From contig OY970067.1 in assembly GCA_963705305.1 (NCBI GenBank), positions 320,001-384,000 on the forward strand: a stretch of 64,000 nt of DNA, read 5' to 3'. The stretch's first letter is position 1; every line of letters begins with the position of its first letter. A program made the position numbers and the translations under genes. Positions 20,668-33,733 of this stretch are shown piece after piece. The notes under the pieces are model-generated. The model was given only the letters and a program-made list of their open reading frames with translations. It had not been told where the DNA came from and made no database searches. The DNA comes from an uncultured Methylomirabilota bacterium. Its GTDB lineage: Bacteria; Methylomirabilota; Methylomirabilia; Methylomirabilales; 2-02-FULL-66-22.

Positions 20668-23600
20668 TTATGCCGGGTGTCCTCCTCCGGGCGTCTCCGC
20701 GCGCTCCTCCGGCTCTCCCCTCCAGCGCTTCGCCAAACGCTCGACCAAGACGTACAGTGCCGGAATGATGAAGATAGCAATCGCAGTCGCGGCTGCCATG
20801 CCGCCGATGACGGTCGTGCCCATGATCTGACGGGCCACCGAGCCCGCGCCCGTTGCTATCCACAACGGCACACAACCCAGAATGAACGCGAAAGAGGTCA
20901 TAAGGATGGGGCGCAGCCGAAGCCTGGCTCCTGCCAACGCAGCGTCAGCCAGGGACTTTCCCTGTTCGTATTCATGCTTTGCGAATTCCACGATCAAGAT
21001 CGCGTTCTTTGCCGCCAAGCCGATCAGCATCACCAAACCGATCTGAGAATACACGTTGTTCTCGATTTGCACCATGTACGCGGGATAGAATGCGCCGAGC
21101 ACCGCCCGGCGCAGCCACAACACTCCAAAGGCGCCGAATACCGCGACCGGTGTGCTCAGCAGGACGCTGAACGGGAGCGACCAGCTTTCATAGAGGGCAG
21201 CCAAAATGAGGAACACGAACAGCAGCGAGAAGCCGAAGATGACCGACGCCGGGACCCCTTGCCGTGCCCTCTGCTCTTGATAAGACATGCCCATGTAATC
21301 AAAGCCCATTTCGCCGGGCATTGTCTGCTTGAAGACGTCCTCCAGGGCCGCCGTCGCTTGGTCTGCGCTGTAGCCTGGCGCCGCGCTGCCGTTGATCTGC
21401 GTTGACCTGTACTCGTTGTAGTGCATCGTAAATTCGGGGCCCTCACGCGACTCGAGCTTCGTCAGCGTGGAAAGCGGCACCATTGCCCCCTTGTTGTTGC
21501 GCACGTAGAAATGCTCGATGTTCGCCACGTCCGACCGGTACGGAGCTTCCGCTTCCACGTACACCTGCCAGGTACGGCCGAAGTTGTTGAAGTAGTTGAT
21601 GAACAACCCGCCCATGAAAGCCTGAATGGTCTGGTACACATCGCCGATGGCCACGCCTTGCTTCAGCACCTTTTCCCGATCCACGCGTACGAACTGTTGC
21701 GGCACGCTCGGGAGAAACGTCGTGCTGATCGTGCCAATTTCGGGACGCTTGCGAGCCGCCGCCATGAATTCGTTCAGGTTTCGCCCCAAAAACTGAATGT
21801 CCCGTCCTGCCCGGTCTTCCAGCACGAACTGAAATCCGCCGGACGTGCCGACCCCAGGGATGGCTGCCGGCGAGAAGCTGAAGGCGATCCCTTGCGGAAG
21901 CTTGCTGAGCTGCTCGTTCAAGCGCGCCTTGATTTCCTGATACTGCTCCGCTCGTGTTTCGCGGCTACTCCATGGCTTCAGAGCGACAAAATAGAAGGCG
22001 TTGTAGCTGGTCCGGACAAGGCTGAGCAGGCTGAAGCCAATGACGCTGCTGTAGTACTGAACCCCAGGCGTGGCGCTCAGAATTTTCTCGACGTCTCTCG
22101 ATGCTGCGGCCGTCCTCTCCAGCGAAGCCGAATTCGGAAGCTGCATGTTGATGAAGACATAGCCCTGGTCTTCGTCGGGCAGGAAGCTCGACGGCAGGAG
22201 CTGGCCGAAGACAATACCGGCAAGGCCGAACGCCGCGAGCACCACCAGCGCCAACACACCTTTCCGGATCAGCGCGCCGGACAACCGAAGATAGAGTTCC
22301 CTCCCGCTCCCGAACATGCGATTGAACCACCCGAAGAATATTGCGAGTGGTCCGCGGCTCTCCCTCTTTGGCCGGAGCAGGAGCGCGCCCAGCGCCGGGC
22401 TCAGTGTGAGGGCGTTAAACGCCGAGAGGACCACCGAGACCGCGATGGTCAGGGCAAATTGCTGGTAGAGCCGGCCGGTGATCCCCGGGATGAAGGCTGT
22501 CGGCACGAAGACCGCCGAGAGGACCATGGCAATGCCGACGACCGGCCCGGAAAGCTCTTCCATGGCTCGTCGAGCCGCATCCTTGGGCGCCAGCCCTTCC
22601 TCGATGTGGCGCTGGACGCCTTCCACGACGACGATAGCGTCGTCTACCACCAAGCCGATGGCCAGCACCAGTCCGAACATTGAAAGGGTATTGATGGAAA
22701 AGCCGAACAGGGGGAAGAGAACAAACGTGCCCACCAGCGAGACGGGCACGGCCAGCATCGGGATCAGGGTGGCGCGCCAGTCTTGCAGGAACAGATAGAC
22801 CACGAGGAGCACCAGCGCGATGGCGATCAACAGGGTTTTAATAATCTCGTTCATGCCTTCCGTCACGGCGCGCGTCTGGTCAAGCGATACGGCGTAATCC
22901 ATGTCTTGTGGGAAGCGCGGCTTCATCTCGGCCATCAGCTTTCGGACGCCTGCGGCCGCTTGGACCGCATTGGAGCCGGGCAACTGATAAATGGCGATGA
23001 TCGCGGCGGGCTCGCCGTTCAGGCGACTGACAATGCTGTAATCATTTGCGCCCAGTTCGACCCGGGCGACGTCTTTCACGCGGACGATTCCGCCATCCGG
23101 CGCTTCACGGACGACGACGTCCTCAAATTGGTCGGGCGATGTCAGGCGGCCTTGCGCGAGGACGGAATAGGTGAATTGCTGGCCCGCGGGAGCCGGCTCG
23201 CCGCCGACTTGACCAGCCGGATTCACCGTGTTCTGCGCTTGGATCGCGTTGACGATATCCGTGACGGTGATGCCCAGTTTCGCCAGTTGGTCAGGTTTTA
23301 CCCACAGCCGCATGGCATACTGCCCCGCGCCGAACACCTGCGTCTGGCCGACACCGTACAAGCGTGCGACGGGGTCATTGAGGTTGATGTAAGCATAGTT
23401 GGCCAGGAACTTCGCATCGTGAGTGCCGTGCGGCGAGAAGAAGGCGACCAGCATGAGCGGCGCGCTCGTTGACTTTTTGATGGTGACCCCATAGTTGTTC
23501 ACTTCGGGTGGAAGCTGCGTGGCGGCGAGATTCTCGCGTGATTGGGTGAGAATCAGGTCGATGTTGGGGTCCGTCTTGAGGTCAAAATCAACCCCCATGG

Positions 23601-23868
23601 TCGTCTGCGAGTTGGCCGTGGCGTTTAACGAATACATATAGCTCATGTCGTCCACGCCATTGATCTGCTGCTCGATCGGCGTGGCCACGGCCTGCTCGAG
23701 GGTCTGCGCGTCCGCACCCACGTACGTGGCCTGCAATCTGATCTCAGGCGGGACGATGTTGGGAAACTGGGCGACGGGCAGGCTCGCGATGGTGACCGCG
23801 CCCACAATCACCGTAAGGATGGCGATCACCATCGCCACGATCGGACGGTTGATGAAGAACTTGGACAT
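20668..23868 (-). CDS. RND efflux permease (HAE1/AcrB family)
   Basis: [45 protein letters not shown]. Confidence 0.94.
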   Translation of the reverse strand: MSKFFINRPIVAMVIAILTVIVGAVTIASLPVAQFPNIVPPEIRLQATYVGADAQTLEQAVATPIEQQINGVDDMSYMYSLNATANSQTTMGVDFDLKTDPNIDLILTQSRENLAATQLPPEVNNYGVTIKKSTSAPLMLVAFFSPHGTHDAKFLANYAYINLNDPVARLYGVGQTQVFGAGQYAMRLWVKPDQLAKLGITVTDIVNAIQAQNTVNPAGQVGGEPAPAGQQFTYSVLAQGRLTSPDQFEDVVVREAPDGGIVRVKDVARVELGANDYSIVSRLNGEPAAIIAIYQLPGSNAVQAAAGVRKLMAEMKPRFPQDMDYAVSLDQTRAVTEGMNEIIKTLLIAIALVLLVVYLFLQDWRATLIPMLAVPVSLVGTFVLFPLFGFSINTLSMFGLVLAIGLVVDDAIVVVEGVQRHIEEGLAPKDAARRAMEELSGPVVGIAMVLSAVFVPTAFIPGITGRLYQQFALTIAVSVVLSAFNALTLSPALGALLLRPKRESRGPLAIFFGWFNRMFGSGRELYLRLSGALIRKGVLALVVLAAFGLAGIVFGQLLPSSFLPDEDQGYVFINMQLPNSASLERTAAASRDVEKILSATPGVQYYSSVIGFSLLSLVRTSYNAFYFVALKPWSSRETRAEQYQEIKARLNEQLSKLPQGIAFSFSPAAIPGVGTSGGFQFVLEDRAGRDIQFLGRNLNEFMAAARKRPEIGTISTTFLPSVPQQFVRVDREKVLKQGVAIGDVYQTIQAFMGGLFINYFNNFGRTWQVYVEAEAPYRSDVANIEHFYVRNNKGAMVPLSTLTKLESREGPEFTMHYNEYRSTQINGSAAPGYSADQATAALEDVFKQTMPGEMGFDYMGMSYQEQRARQGVPASVIFGFSLLFVFLILAALYESWSLPFSVLLSTPVAVFGAFGVLWLRRAVLGAFYPAYMVQIENNVYSQIGLVMLIGLAAKNAILIVEFAKHEYEQGKSLADAALAGARLRLRPILMTSFAFILGCVPLWIATGAGSVARQIMGTTVIGGMAAATAIAIFIIPALYVLVERLAKRWRGEPEERAETPGGGHPA

Positions 23869-23910
23869 GGTGCGATCTGCCTCTGCTCGGCCTCAGCCGG
23901 CCTTCGAATG

Positions 23911-25218
23911 TCAGCGGGCCTTGCCGGGCGCTGAGGGTTCCTCGACCGCGGCCTGAGGCGGGCTCAGATACGACTTCGGATTCACGATCGTGCCCGGTCG
24001 GACCTTCTGGATCCCTTCCACGACGACCCGCTCCCCGGGCTTCAGCCCCTCGTCGATCACCCAGAGGCTGCCGACGCGCTCGCCCACCTGGACCGGCCGG
24101 ATGTCTATCGTGTTGTTTGTGCCAACGACAGCTACTTGATAGACACCCTGCAGCTCCGCGACCGCACGCTGCGGGACCAGCAGGGCGCCGCGCTTGATCT
24201 CGCGCTGCGCCCGCACCCGAGCAAACTGTCCCGGTCGGAGAAGATTGCCTGGATTGGGGAAGAGGGCGGCCACCTTGATCGTCCCAGTTTGGACATCCAC
24301 CTGCCGATCGAAGAACACCAGCTTTCCCGGGTGGGGGTAGACACCGCCGTCGGCCAGGATGAGCTGGACCGAGGTGTACCGCATGGCGCCGTCGCCCTGC
24401 TTTGCCTGGGCAAGATACCCTTGTTCGCTCATGGGGATATAGACCTTGATTGGGTTGACGGTCGACACGGTGGTGAGCTCCTGCGTGGAGCCTGGGCCCA
24501 CGAGGTCTCCGATCTGCGCCTTCGCGATGCCCGCGATGCCGTCAATGGGGCAGACGATCTTGGTGAAGCCCAGGTCCAGTCGAGCTTTTTCCATGGCTGC
24601 CTGACCAGCAGCGACCGCCGCCTGATTGGCGCCTACGTTGGCCTGAGCGGAACCGACGGCGGCCTTGGCGGCCGCCACCGCGGCGCGACTGGACTGCTCG
24701 GCCCCGGTCGCATTGTCCAGATCCTGTCGGCTGACCGCCCCCTCTTCTGTGAGTTGTTTGATCCGGAAATAGGTGGCCCGGTCGTTGACCCACAGCGCCT
24801 CCTGCCGCACCACCTCGGCCCTGGCCTGCTCCAAGGTAGCCCGGGACTGCGCCAGGGCGGCCTGAGCCTGGCTCAGCGCCGCAGCGGCCTGATCGAGGGT
24901 CGCCTGGAAGGGTCGCGGGTCGATCTCGAAGAGCACCTGCCCCTTCTCGACCAGGTCCCCCTCTTTGTAGTTCTGCTTGACGAGGTAGCCCTGGACCTGG
25001 GCGCGGATCGTCGCATTCACCATGCCATCCGTCGAGGCGATCCATTCTGCATAGACCGGAACGTCCCGCTGGATGACCTCCGCAACTTCGACGATGGGCG
25101 GCGGCGGGGCCGACTCGCCCTGCTCTCCCTTGCATCCCGAGAGCAGCAGGAGGGGCATGCCGGCGAGCAGGAGTATTCCTGCGCGGCAGAAGGCCCCCCG
25201 TCTCTGTCTCCATGCCAT
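23911..25218 (-). CDS. RND periplasmic adaptor lipoprotein (AcrA family)
   Basis: Lipobox LSGC, IRAQVQGYL, LRPGQFARVR; start at MAWRQ after a GGAGGAGGA RBS. Confidence 0.9.
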   Translation of the reverse strand: MAWRQRRGAFCRAGILLLAGMPLLLLSGCKGEQGESAPPPPIVEVAEVIQRDVPVYAEWIASTDGMVNATIRAQVQGYLVKQNYKEGDLVEKGQVLFEIDPRPFQATLDQAAAALSQAQAALAQSRATLEQARAEVVRQEALWVNDRATYFRIKQLTEEGAVSRQDLDNATGAEQSSRAAVAAAKAAVGSAQANVGANQAAVAAGQAAMEKARLDLGFTKIVCPIDGIAGIAKAQIGDLVGPGSTQELTTVSTVNPIKVYIPMSEQGYLAQAKQGDGAMRYTSVQLILADGGVYPHPGKLVFFDRQVDVQTGTIKVAALFPNPGNLLRPGQFARVRAQREIKRGALLVPQRAVAELQGVYQVAVVGTNNTIDIRPVQVGERVGSLWVIDEGLKPGERVVVEGIQKVRPGTIVNPKSYLSPPQAAVEEPSAPGKAR

Positions 25219-25344
25219 TCCCGAATCCTCCTCCTCTTCGGATCTGCCCTCCCGGGGCCGAGGCCAACCGGACGAGACCCACACTGGTCCCAGGCCGCAC
25301 AGCATTCGCCGCAGAGCTCGCGGCGCATCGAGAAGCGGTACAAT

Positions 25345-26019
25345 CTACTGGGAAGGTTTGGCTGAGGCTCGCGCGCCCTCCAGGAACAGGCTGACCATGT
25401 CGTCGATGACCTGATCGACGGTACGGCGGGACGGGGGCTTTTGCCCGAACAGCTCATGCAGCAGAATGTACTGCGTCACCATGCCGATGAAGTTCCAGGC
25501 GGCCTGGGCGTGGTCCACCACCCGGAAGGCTCCGGCGGCCACGCGGGCAGCGATGTACCGGCTGAGGTAATCGTCGATCCGCTGCACCCGCGAGCGGAAG
25601 AACAGGTCCGAAAGGGAGTGGCCCTCCAGGGCGCTGAAGAGGAGCAGGCGCATGAGGGTCGGGTCCCGCTGCATGCGGGCGATCATCTCCCGGGCAAGCT
25701 CCCGCAGGACACCCGCATCATCCTGCCGGCCGGCAACGGGCGCGACACGATCCAGGATCTCCTCCGTGCCGATCTTGGCCTCGAGAATGGCGGCGTAGAG
25801 TTCATCCTTGCTGGTGAAGTGTTTGAAGATGGTCGTCTCGCTCACGCCGATGGCCTGGGCCACCTGCTTCGTGGTCGTTCTCCCGAAGCCCTTCCGCGAG
25901 AAGAGGTCCGCCGCGACCTCGATGATCTGTCGACGGCGGGCAGCCCCGGAGAGCCGCGTCCTCTTGCCGCCGGATCCTCCCGGTCTGCGGGGGAGCCGAG
26001 ATTTCCCGATCCGCTCCAC
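25345..26019 (-). CDS. TetR/AcrR family regulator
   Basis: AADLFSRKGF...TIFKHFTSKDEL HTH; heads the efflux operon. Confidence 0.92.
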   Translation of the reverse strand: MERIGKSRLPRRPGGSGGKRTRLSGAARRRQIIEVAADLFSRKGFGRTTTKQVAQAIGVSETTIFKHFTSKDELYAAILEAKIGTEEILDRVAPVAGRQDDAGVLRELAREMIARMQRDPTLMRLLLFSALEGHSLSDLFFRSRVQRIDDYLSRYIAARVAAGAFRVVDHAQAAWNFIGMVTQYILLHELFGQKPPSRRTVDQVIDDMVSLFLEGARASAKPSQ

Positions 26020-26391
26020 GGCAGCTCACCCCCTGTATGGCCGGATCCCCGACCTGCCGATGATGCAGGGCGGCCGGAGATCCTCCCGCGATCCAGCGCG
26101 ACGGAGACAGGTAGTTTGTCCTTCCTAACAAACCTTACGTGCGATCCTGTTCCAGGTCAACCTGAAACTGCAATCTGTCCGGTGCGCCGTCTACCCCAGC
26201 CGGGACAAACCTCTGGCTCTTTGCTCCAAAAGACCCTACGGTGACAGTTTGTCTGCTATACTACTCTATCTCCTGATCTCGATGACGGCAGCCCCCTGCC
26301 GCAGGCGGCGGCTCTGTTGCGGTGGCCGAGCGCTTCGTGGACGGGGGTGGCCATGCCGGCTACCGATCCCCAAGGGAGGAGAGCTCTCTCG

Positions 26392-28550
<2,159 letters not shown>

Positions 28551-28551
<1 letters not shown>

Positions 28552-28570
28552 GTGTCCAGCCATGGACACT
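28551..28570. promoter_or_regulatory. Probable upstream activator sequence (perfect palindrome)
   Basis: AGTGTCCA-GCCA-TGGACACT, ~115 bp upstream of a -24/-12 promoter. Confidence 0.65.
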
Positions 28571-28683
28571 TTCGTCCAAAATTGATCAGGCGTTGTCCGA
28601 CAGCACACCCACGTCCCTCCATCGCTTGTTTCCATGCTGCTGAGAACAAAATAATTTCCGACAGTTACCCATCGAAAGACAGT

Positions 28684-28699
28684 TGGCCGCAATCTTGCT
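28684..28699 (+). promoter_or_regulatory. Sigma54 -24/-12 promoter
   Basis: TGGCCGCAATCTTGCT: GG-N10-GC with TGGC and TTGC consensus. Confidence 0.85.
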
Positions 28700-28745
28700 C
28701 TCTTCCATTCCGGCCCTGATGGAAGGTCTCGGAGGGAGGAGCGAT

Positions 28746-28991
28746 ATGAGTCAGCACGCCGTGGAACGTGCCATCGGCAAGCTCGTTACGGACGCGACAT
28801 TTCGCGGGCGGTTCTTCGAGGACCCGGCAGGCGCCACCCTCTGCGCCGGGCTCGACCTCTCCTCCACCGAGCTCGATGCCCTCTCGCAGATTTCCCCTCG
28901 CCTCCTGGCGCGATTCAGCGCCAGCCTGGATGATCGTATCCGCCGTCTCACGGTCGAGGGCATTCCGGGATCCGCTGAGGGCCGCCGATGA
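28746..28991 (+). CDS. Small NHLP-clan (Os1348-like, nitrile-hydratase-leader-like) protein, 81 aa
   Basis: MSQHAVERAIGKLVTDATFRGRFFEDP...LSSTELDAL; RBS GGAGGGAGGA; stop overlaps the next start. Confidence 0.75.
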   Translation: MSQHAVERAIGKLVTDATFRGRFFEDPAGATLCAGLDLSSTELDALSQISPRLLARFSASLDDRIRRLTVEGIPGSAEGRR

Positions 28992-30499
28992 TGGGCGATC
29001 CCGCATCGGTAGGTGGCTGCCGAGCGCACCCTGGGGGCCCACCCTCCCGGGCCACGAGCCGTCCGGGCCGCTTTTGGCGCGCATGCGCCTCCGGGCTGCT
29101 CGCCCTTGCACTCGTGACGGGGTGCACGGTGGGGCCGGATTATCGGCGACCCCAGGTTGCCGTGCCGACGACGTGGCGCACCGCGGCCGAAGGGGCCGGG
29201 TCGCTGGCCGACCTTGCCTGGTGGGACCTTTTCCAGGATCCGGCCCTTCAAGGACTCATCCGGACGGCCCTTGCCGAAAACCAGAACCTCCAGACGGCCG
29301 TGGAGAGGGTGGTGGAGGCGCGCGCCGCGCTGGGGGTGACCCGGGCCGCCCAATTCCCCGAGGTGGACGCTGGCGTGGGCTACACCAGCGAGCGCTACTC
29401 CGCCTACAACTTTCCCGCCATCCCGCCCGGCGAAAACCTCGCGCACAACTACTATCAGCCCCAGGTGAGCCTCCTCTCTTTCGAGCTCGATCTCTGGGGG
29501 AAGCTGCGCCGGACCACGGAGGCCGCGCGGGCCGATCTGCTGGCCAGCGAGGAGAATCGGCAGACGGTGGTCATGACCCTCGTGGGCGACGTGGCCCAGG
29601 CCTATTTCGATTTGCTGGAGCTGGACCGTCAGGCGCAGATCGACCGGCAGACGCTGGCCTCTCGCCAAGCCTCGCTCGACCTGGTGACCCATCGCTTCCA
29701 GGAAGGGCTCACAGGGGAACTGGACGTTGATCGGGCGAAGGCGGAGGCGGCCGCCGCCGCCGCCAGCGTCCCGGACGTCCAGCGCCGGATCGCCCAGACG
29801 GAAAACCGCCTCAGCCTCCTCCTGGGCCGGAATCCCGGCCCGATCCCCCGCGGGGCGGCGCTCGACCACCAGCAGGCACCGCCGGAGATTCCCCCCGGCC
29901 TCCCCTCGGCGCTCCTGGAGCGCCGGCCGGATATCCGGGCCGCCGAGGCGCGGCTGGCGGCGGCCACGGCCCGGATCGGGGAGGCCAAGGCGGCCTTCTT
30001 CCCCCAGATCGTGCTCACCGGCCTCTTCGGGGTACAGAGCGGCGAACTCGGAAATCTCTTCACGGGGCCCTCGCGCATCTGGCAGGCCGGCCCGGCGGTC
30101 ACCCTGCCGCTCTTTACGGCGGGCCGGCTCCGCTCCAACCTGGAGGCGACCGAGGCGCGCCAAGCCGAGGCACTGAGTCAGTACCGGCAGACGATCCAGG
30201 AGGCCTTCCGGGAAGTGGAGGACGCCCTGGTGTTCCACGCGAAGGTGCGCGAGATCCGCCTCCAGCGGGAGCAGCGTGTACAGGCCGAGCGGCAGGCTCT
30301 GACGCTGGCCGAACTACGGTACACCAACGGCGTCTCCTCCTACCTGGATGTCCTCGACGCGCAACGCCAACTCTACGTCGCGGAGACGGACCTGAGCGCC
30401 GCCCTCCGGGACCAGCTCGTCTCGGTGGTGCAGGTCTACAAGACCCTCGGGGGCGGGTGGCAGATGCCCTCGCCCGATGGAAAGGATAGGCAGCCATGA
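28988..30499 (+). CDS. Efflux outer-membrane factor lipoprotein
   Basis: TGC-TVGPDY lipobox, FELDLWGK, PSALLERRPDI, TLGGGW. Confidence 0.93.
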   Translation: MMGDPASVGGCRAHPGGPPSRATSRPGRFWRACASGLLALALVTGCTVGPDYRRPQVAVPTTWRTAAEGAGSLADLAWWDLFQDPALQGLIRTALAENQNLQTAVERVVEARAALGVTRAAQFPEVDAGVGYTSERYSAYNFPAIPPGENLAHNYYQPQVSLLSFELDLWGKLRRTTEAARADLLASEENRQTVVMTLVGDVAQAYFDLLELDRQAQIDRQTLASRQASLDLVTHRFQEGLTGELDVDRAKAEAAAAAASVPDVQRRIAQTENRLSLLLGRNPGPIPRGAALDHQQAPPEIPPGLPSALLERRPDIRAAEARLAAATARIGEAKAAFFPQIVLTGLFGVQSGELGNLFTGPSRIWQAGPAVTLPLFTAGRLRSNLEATEARQAEALSQYRQTIQEAFREVEDALVFHAKVREIRLQREQRVQAERQALTLAELRYTNGVSSYLDVLDAQRQLYVAETDLSAALRDQLVSVVQVYKTLGGGWQMPSPDGKDRQP

Positions 30500-31773
30500 G
30501 CGAGCAACCCCCCCCGGACTCCCCGGAGGTGCTGGAGCCATTCCCGGCGGCGCCGAACGGAGAGGAGGCAGCCGATGTCACGGCCCTGCGGGGCGCCGGC
30601 CGGCGGTGGATGCAGCATCCGCTCCGGGTGGCCCTGCTGGCGGTGGCGATCCTGATCGTCGGGCTGGTCGTGGCGCACTACTATATCTACAGCCTCTCGC
30701 ATGAGTCGACCGATGACGCCTTCATCGCCGGGGATGTCGTGGTGGTCAGCCCGCGCGTGGCCAGCAGCGTGGCCACGGTGTTCGTGGACGACAACCAGCA
30801 CGTGAAGCAGGGGGAACCCCTGGTGGGGCTGGACCCGCGCGACTTCGAGGCCAGGCTCGCCCAAGCTCAGGCGAACCTCGAGGCGGCCAGAGCCCGGCAT
30901 GGGAGCGCCCAGATCAACGTGCGCGTGATCGACACGACGGCAGGCGCCGGGGTCGAGCAGGCCGCAGCGGGGGTCCAGGCGGCACAGCGGCAGGTGGACG
31001 CCGCGCAGAGCCGCCTGGCCCAGGCGCGGGCGCAAGTGGCGGTCGCGCAGGCAGAGGCCACCCGCGCGGAGGCCGACGCGCAGCGGTACGAGCGGCTGCT
31101 CCAGTATCACGCCGTCTCGACGCAGGAGCGTGACAACACCGCGACGCTGAGCACGAGCACCGCCGCCACCCTCGAGGCGGCCCAGAAGGCCCAGCAGGCG
31201 GCCAGCGACAGCTTCCGGCAGGCCGAATCCCAGCTCGGGGAGGCGAAGGCCCGCCTCGCCAGCGCCAACGCGGCGCCGAGCCAGATCGCCTACAGCCGCT
31301 CGCAGGTGCAGACCGCGGCAGCGGAGATCGACCAGGCGGACGCGGCTGTCCGCCAGGCCCAACTGGCGCTTTCCTACACCAAGATCGTGGCGCCCGTGGC
31401 CGGGTGGGTCACCCAGAAAAGCGTGCAGGCAGGCGACTATGTGCAGGTCGGGCAGGCGCTGCTGTCGATCGTTCCAGACCGGCTCTGGGTGATCGCCAAC
31501 TTCAAGGAGACGCAGCTCCGCTATATGCGGCCGGGGCAGCCGGTCGCGATCACGGTGGATGCCTACCCGAACCGGACGTTCCGGGGACACGTGGACAGCA
31601 TCCAGGCGGGCTCGGGTGCGGCGTTCAGCCTCCTGCCCCCGGAGAATGCCACGGGAAACTACGTGAAGGTGGTCCAGCGGGTGCCCGTGAAGATCGTGTT
31701 CGACGACCCGCCGGATCCGCAACATGTCCTCGGCCCCGGGATGTCGGTGGTGCCCACCGTGACGGTGCGGTGA
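30496..31773 (+). CDS. HlyD/EmrA-family membrane fusion protein
   Basis: ESTDDAFI, ANFKETQL, FSLLPPENATGNYVKVVQRVPV. Confidence 0.94.
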   Translation: MSEQPPPDSPEVLEPFPAAPNGEEAADVTALRGAGRRWMQHPLRVALLAVAILIVGLVVAHYYIYSLSHESTDDAFIAGDVVVVSPRVASSVATVFVDDNQHVKQGEPLVGLDPRDFEARLAQAQANLEAARARHGSAQINVRVIDTTAGAGVEQAAAGVQAAQRQVDAAQSRLAQARAQVAVAQAEATRAEADAQRYERLLQYHAVSTQERDNTATLSTSTAATLEAAQKAQQAASDSFRQAESQLGEAKARLASANAAPSQIAYSRSQVQTAAAEIDQADAAVRQAQLALSYTKIVAPVAGWVTQKSVQAGDYVQVGQALLSIVPDRLWVIANFKETQLRYMRPGQPVAITVDAYPNRTFRGHVDSIQAGSGAAFSLLPPENATGNYVKVVQRVPVKIVFDDPPDPQHVLGPGMSVVPTVTVR

Positions 31774-31852
31774 GGGGGACAACCCATGCGCCGACGAGGG
31801 GCCCCCTCCTGCGGTCGGAGGGGCGGCCGGCCCCGCGCGACCGGGGGCTAAG

Positions 31853-33403
31853 ATGACCGTGCCCCCGCGGAACCCCTGGCCGGTGGCCATCGCGGTCATG
31901 TCCAGCGCCGTCATGGAGGTGCTGGACACGACGGTGGTGAACGTGAGTCTCCCGCATATCGCCGGCAGCCTGTCCGCGACGGTGGACGAGGCGACGTGGG
32001 TGCTCACGTCGTACATCGTCGCCAACGCGGTGATCCTGCCCATCTCCGGCTGGCTGGCCAACTACTTCGGGCGCAAGCGCCTCCTCCTGGCGGTGGTGAC
32101 GGGGTTCACCGTCTCCAGCGCCCTGTGCGGCATGGCGCCCACCCTGCCGCTGCTGATCTTCTTCCGGGTCATGCAGGGCACGACGGGCGGCGGCCTGCAG
32201 CCCCTCTCTCAAGCCGTCCTGCTGGAAGAGTTCCCGCTGCACGAGCGGGGCAAGGCCATGGCCTTCTGGTCCCTCGGCATCATCGCGGCCCCGGTGCTGG
32301 GCCCCACGCTGGGGGGGTACCTGACCGACAACTACTCCTGGCGCTGGGTCTTCTACATCAATCTGCCGATCGGCATCCTCAGCCTGGTCATGATCTCGCT
32401 TTTCCTCTACGACCCCCCGTACATCCAGCGCGGCTCCTCCCGTGTGGACCTCTGGGGGCTGGGGATGCTGGCCCTCGGGATCGGGGCGCTCCAGGTGATG
32501 CTGGACCGGGGACAGGAGGAGGACTGGTTCGGGTCGCACTTCATCGTGACCCTGGCCATCACGGCAGCCATCATGCTGACGGCTTTCGCCCTCTGGGAGC
32601 TGCACGTCCCGGACCCCATCGTGCACTTCCGCCTCGTCCAGTACCGGTCCTTCGCGGCCGGGATCCTGCTCGTCACGGTCCTGGGATTCGTCCTCTACGG
32701 CAGCCTGGTCCTCCTTCCCCTCTTCATGCAGACGCTCTTGGGCTGGACCGCCGTCACGGCCGGCATCTGGACCAGCCCCCGGGGTGTCGGCACCGCCCTC
32801 TGCATGCCGCTGGTGGGTTATCTCTTGGGCAAGGGGTGGGATGGCCGCAAGATGGTCGCGTTCGGGTTCGCCGTGACGAGCCTGGCCTTCTTCGGCTACT
32901 CGCGCATGACCCTGGACTCCGGGACCTGGGACATCTTTTGGGACCAGATCAACCAGGGGGTGGGCATGTCGTTCATCTTCGTCCCCCTCACCACGCTGAC
33001 CATGGACCCCATCCCGCTGACGGAGATGGGCTACGCGACCAGCCTGTACAGCGTGGTGCGCAACATCGGCTCCAGCATGGGCATCTCGTTCGTCACCACC
33101 TGGGTGGCCCGGCGGTCGCAGTTCCACCAGACCCTGCTCGCCGCCCATGTGACGGCCCTGAATCCCCGGGCCCAGCAGTCCATGGCTCGACTGCAGCAGT
33201 CCGTCTTCCAGCCGCACGCCGACCCCATCATGGCCGGCCGCCAGGCCCTCGCCGCCATCTACGCCATGGTGCAGCAGCAGGCCGCTCTTCTGAGCTATGG
33301 CGAGGTGTTCCAGCTGATGGGGATGCTCTTCCTGGGCGTGATCCCCCTGGTCGCCCTCATGCGGCGGTCCCAGGCGCGTGCCGGGGCCTCTGCAGCACAC
33401 TGA
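31853..33403 (+). CDS. DHA2 family MFS efflux pump (EmrB/QacA)
   Basis: MEVLDTTVVNVSLP, WVLTSY, GPTLGGYLTDNYSWRWVFYINLP. Confidence 0.94.
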   Translation: MTVPPRNPWPVAIAVMSSAVMEVLDTTVVNVSLPHIAGSLSATVDEATWVLTSYIVANAVILPISGWLANYFGRKRLLLAVVTGFTVSSALCGMAPTLPLLIFFRVMQGTTGGGLQPLSQAVLLEEFPLHERGKAMAFWSLGIIAAPVLGPTLGGYLTDNYSWRWVFYINLPIGILSLVMISLFLYDPPYIQRGSSRVDLWGLGMLALGIGALQVMLDRGQEEDWFGSHFIVTLAITAAIMLTAFALWELHVPDPIVHFRLVQYRSFAAGILLVTVLGFVLYGSLVLLPLFMQTLLGWTAVTAGIWTSPRGVGTALCMPLVGYLLGKGWDGRKMVAFGFAVTSLAFFGYSRMTLDSGTWDIFWDQINQGVGMSFIFVPLTTLTMDPIPLTEMGYATSLYSVVRNIGSSMGISFVTTWVARRSQFHQTLLAAHVTALNPRAQQSMARLQQSVFQPHADPIMAGRQALAAIYAMVQQQAALLSYGEVFQLMGMLFLGVIPLVALMRRSQARAGASAAH

Positions 33404-33640
33404 GGCGCCGCGTCCTCGTGCGGCTTATGCGATTCGAGGACCGGGCATCGGCGACTCGGCCGGCGGCGGATTCGGATAGCAGGGAACAGGCTGTCAGCGC
33501 CCGCGGGCTCGAGGAGATGACCCAGCCGGCGGATGTGTTCCCGCCGGGTTTGCACGGGACTTACGGCCCCTGAGTTCTTGAGAGGGGAAGCGGTTGGGGA
33601 ATGGCGGAGAGGCGACCGAAGACACCGTGCGCACGCCATT

Positions 33641-33672
33641 GGTGCCGGGGGACCGGACCCACAACGGAGCGA
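33641..33672 (+). repeat. att-like junction J2
   Basis: GGTGCCGGGGGACCGGACCCACAACGGAGCGA; 28/32 identity to J6. Confidence 0.8.
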
Positions 33673-33733
33673 ACCGTCCGGTCCGTCACCGGGAGGCATA
33701 GGTGTCCATGCGGTTGTTGGAAGCCTTCCCATC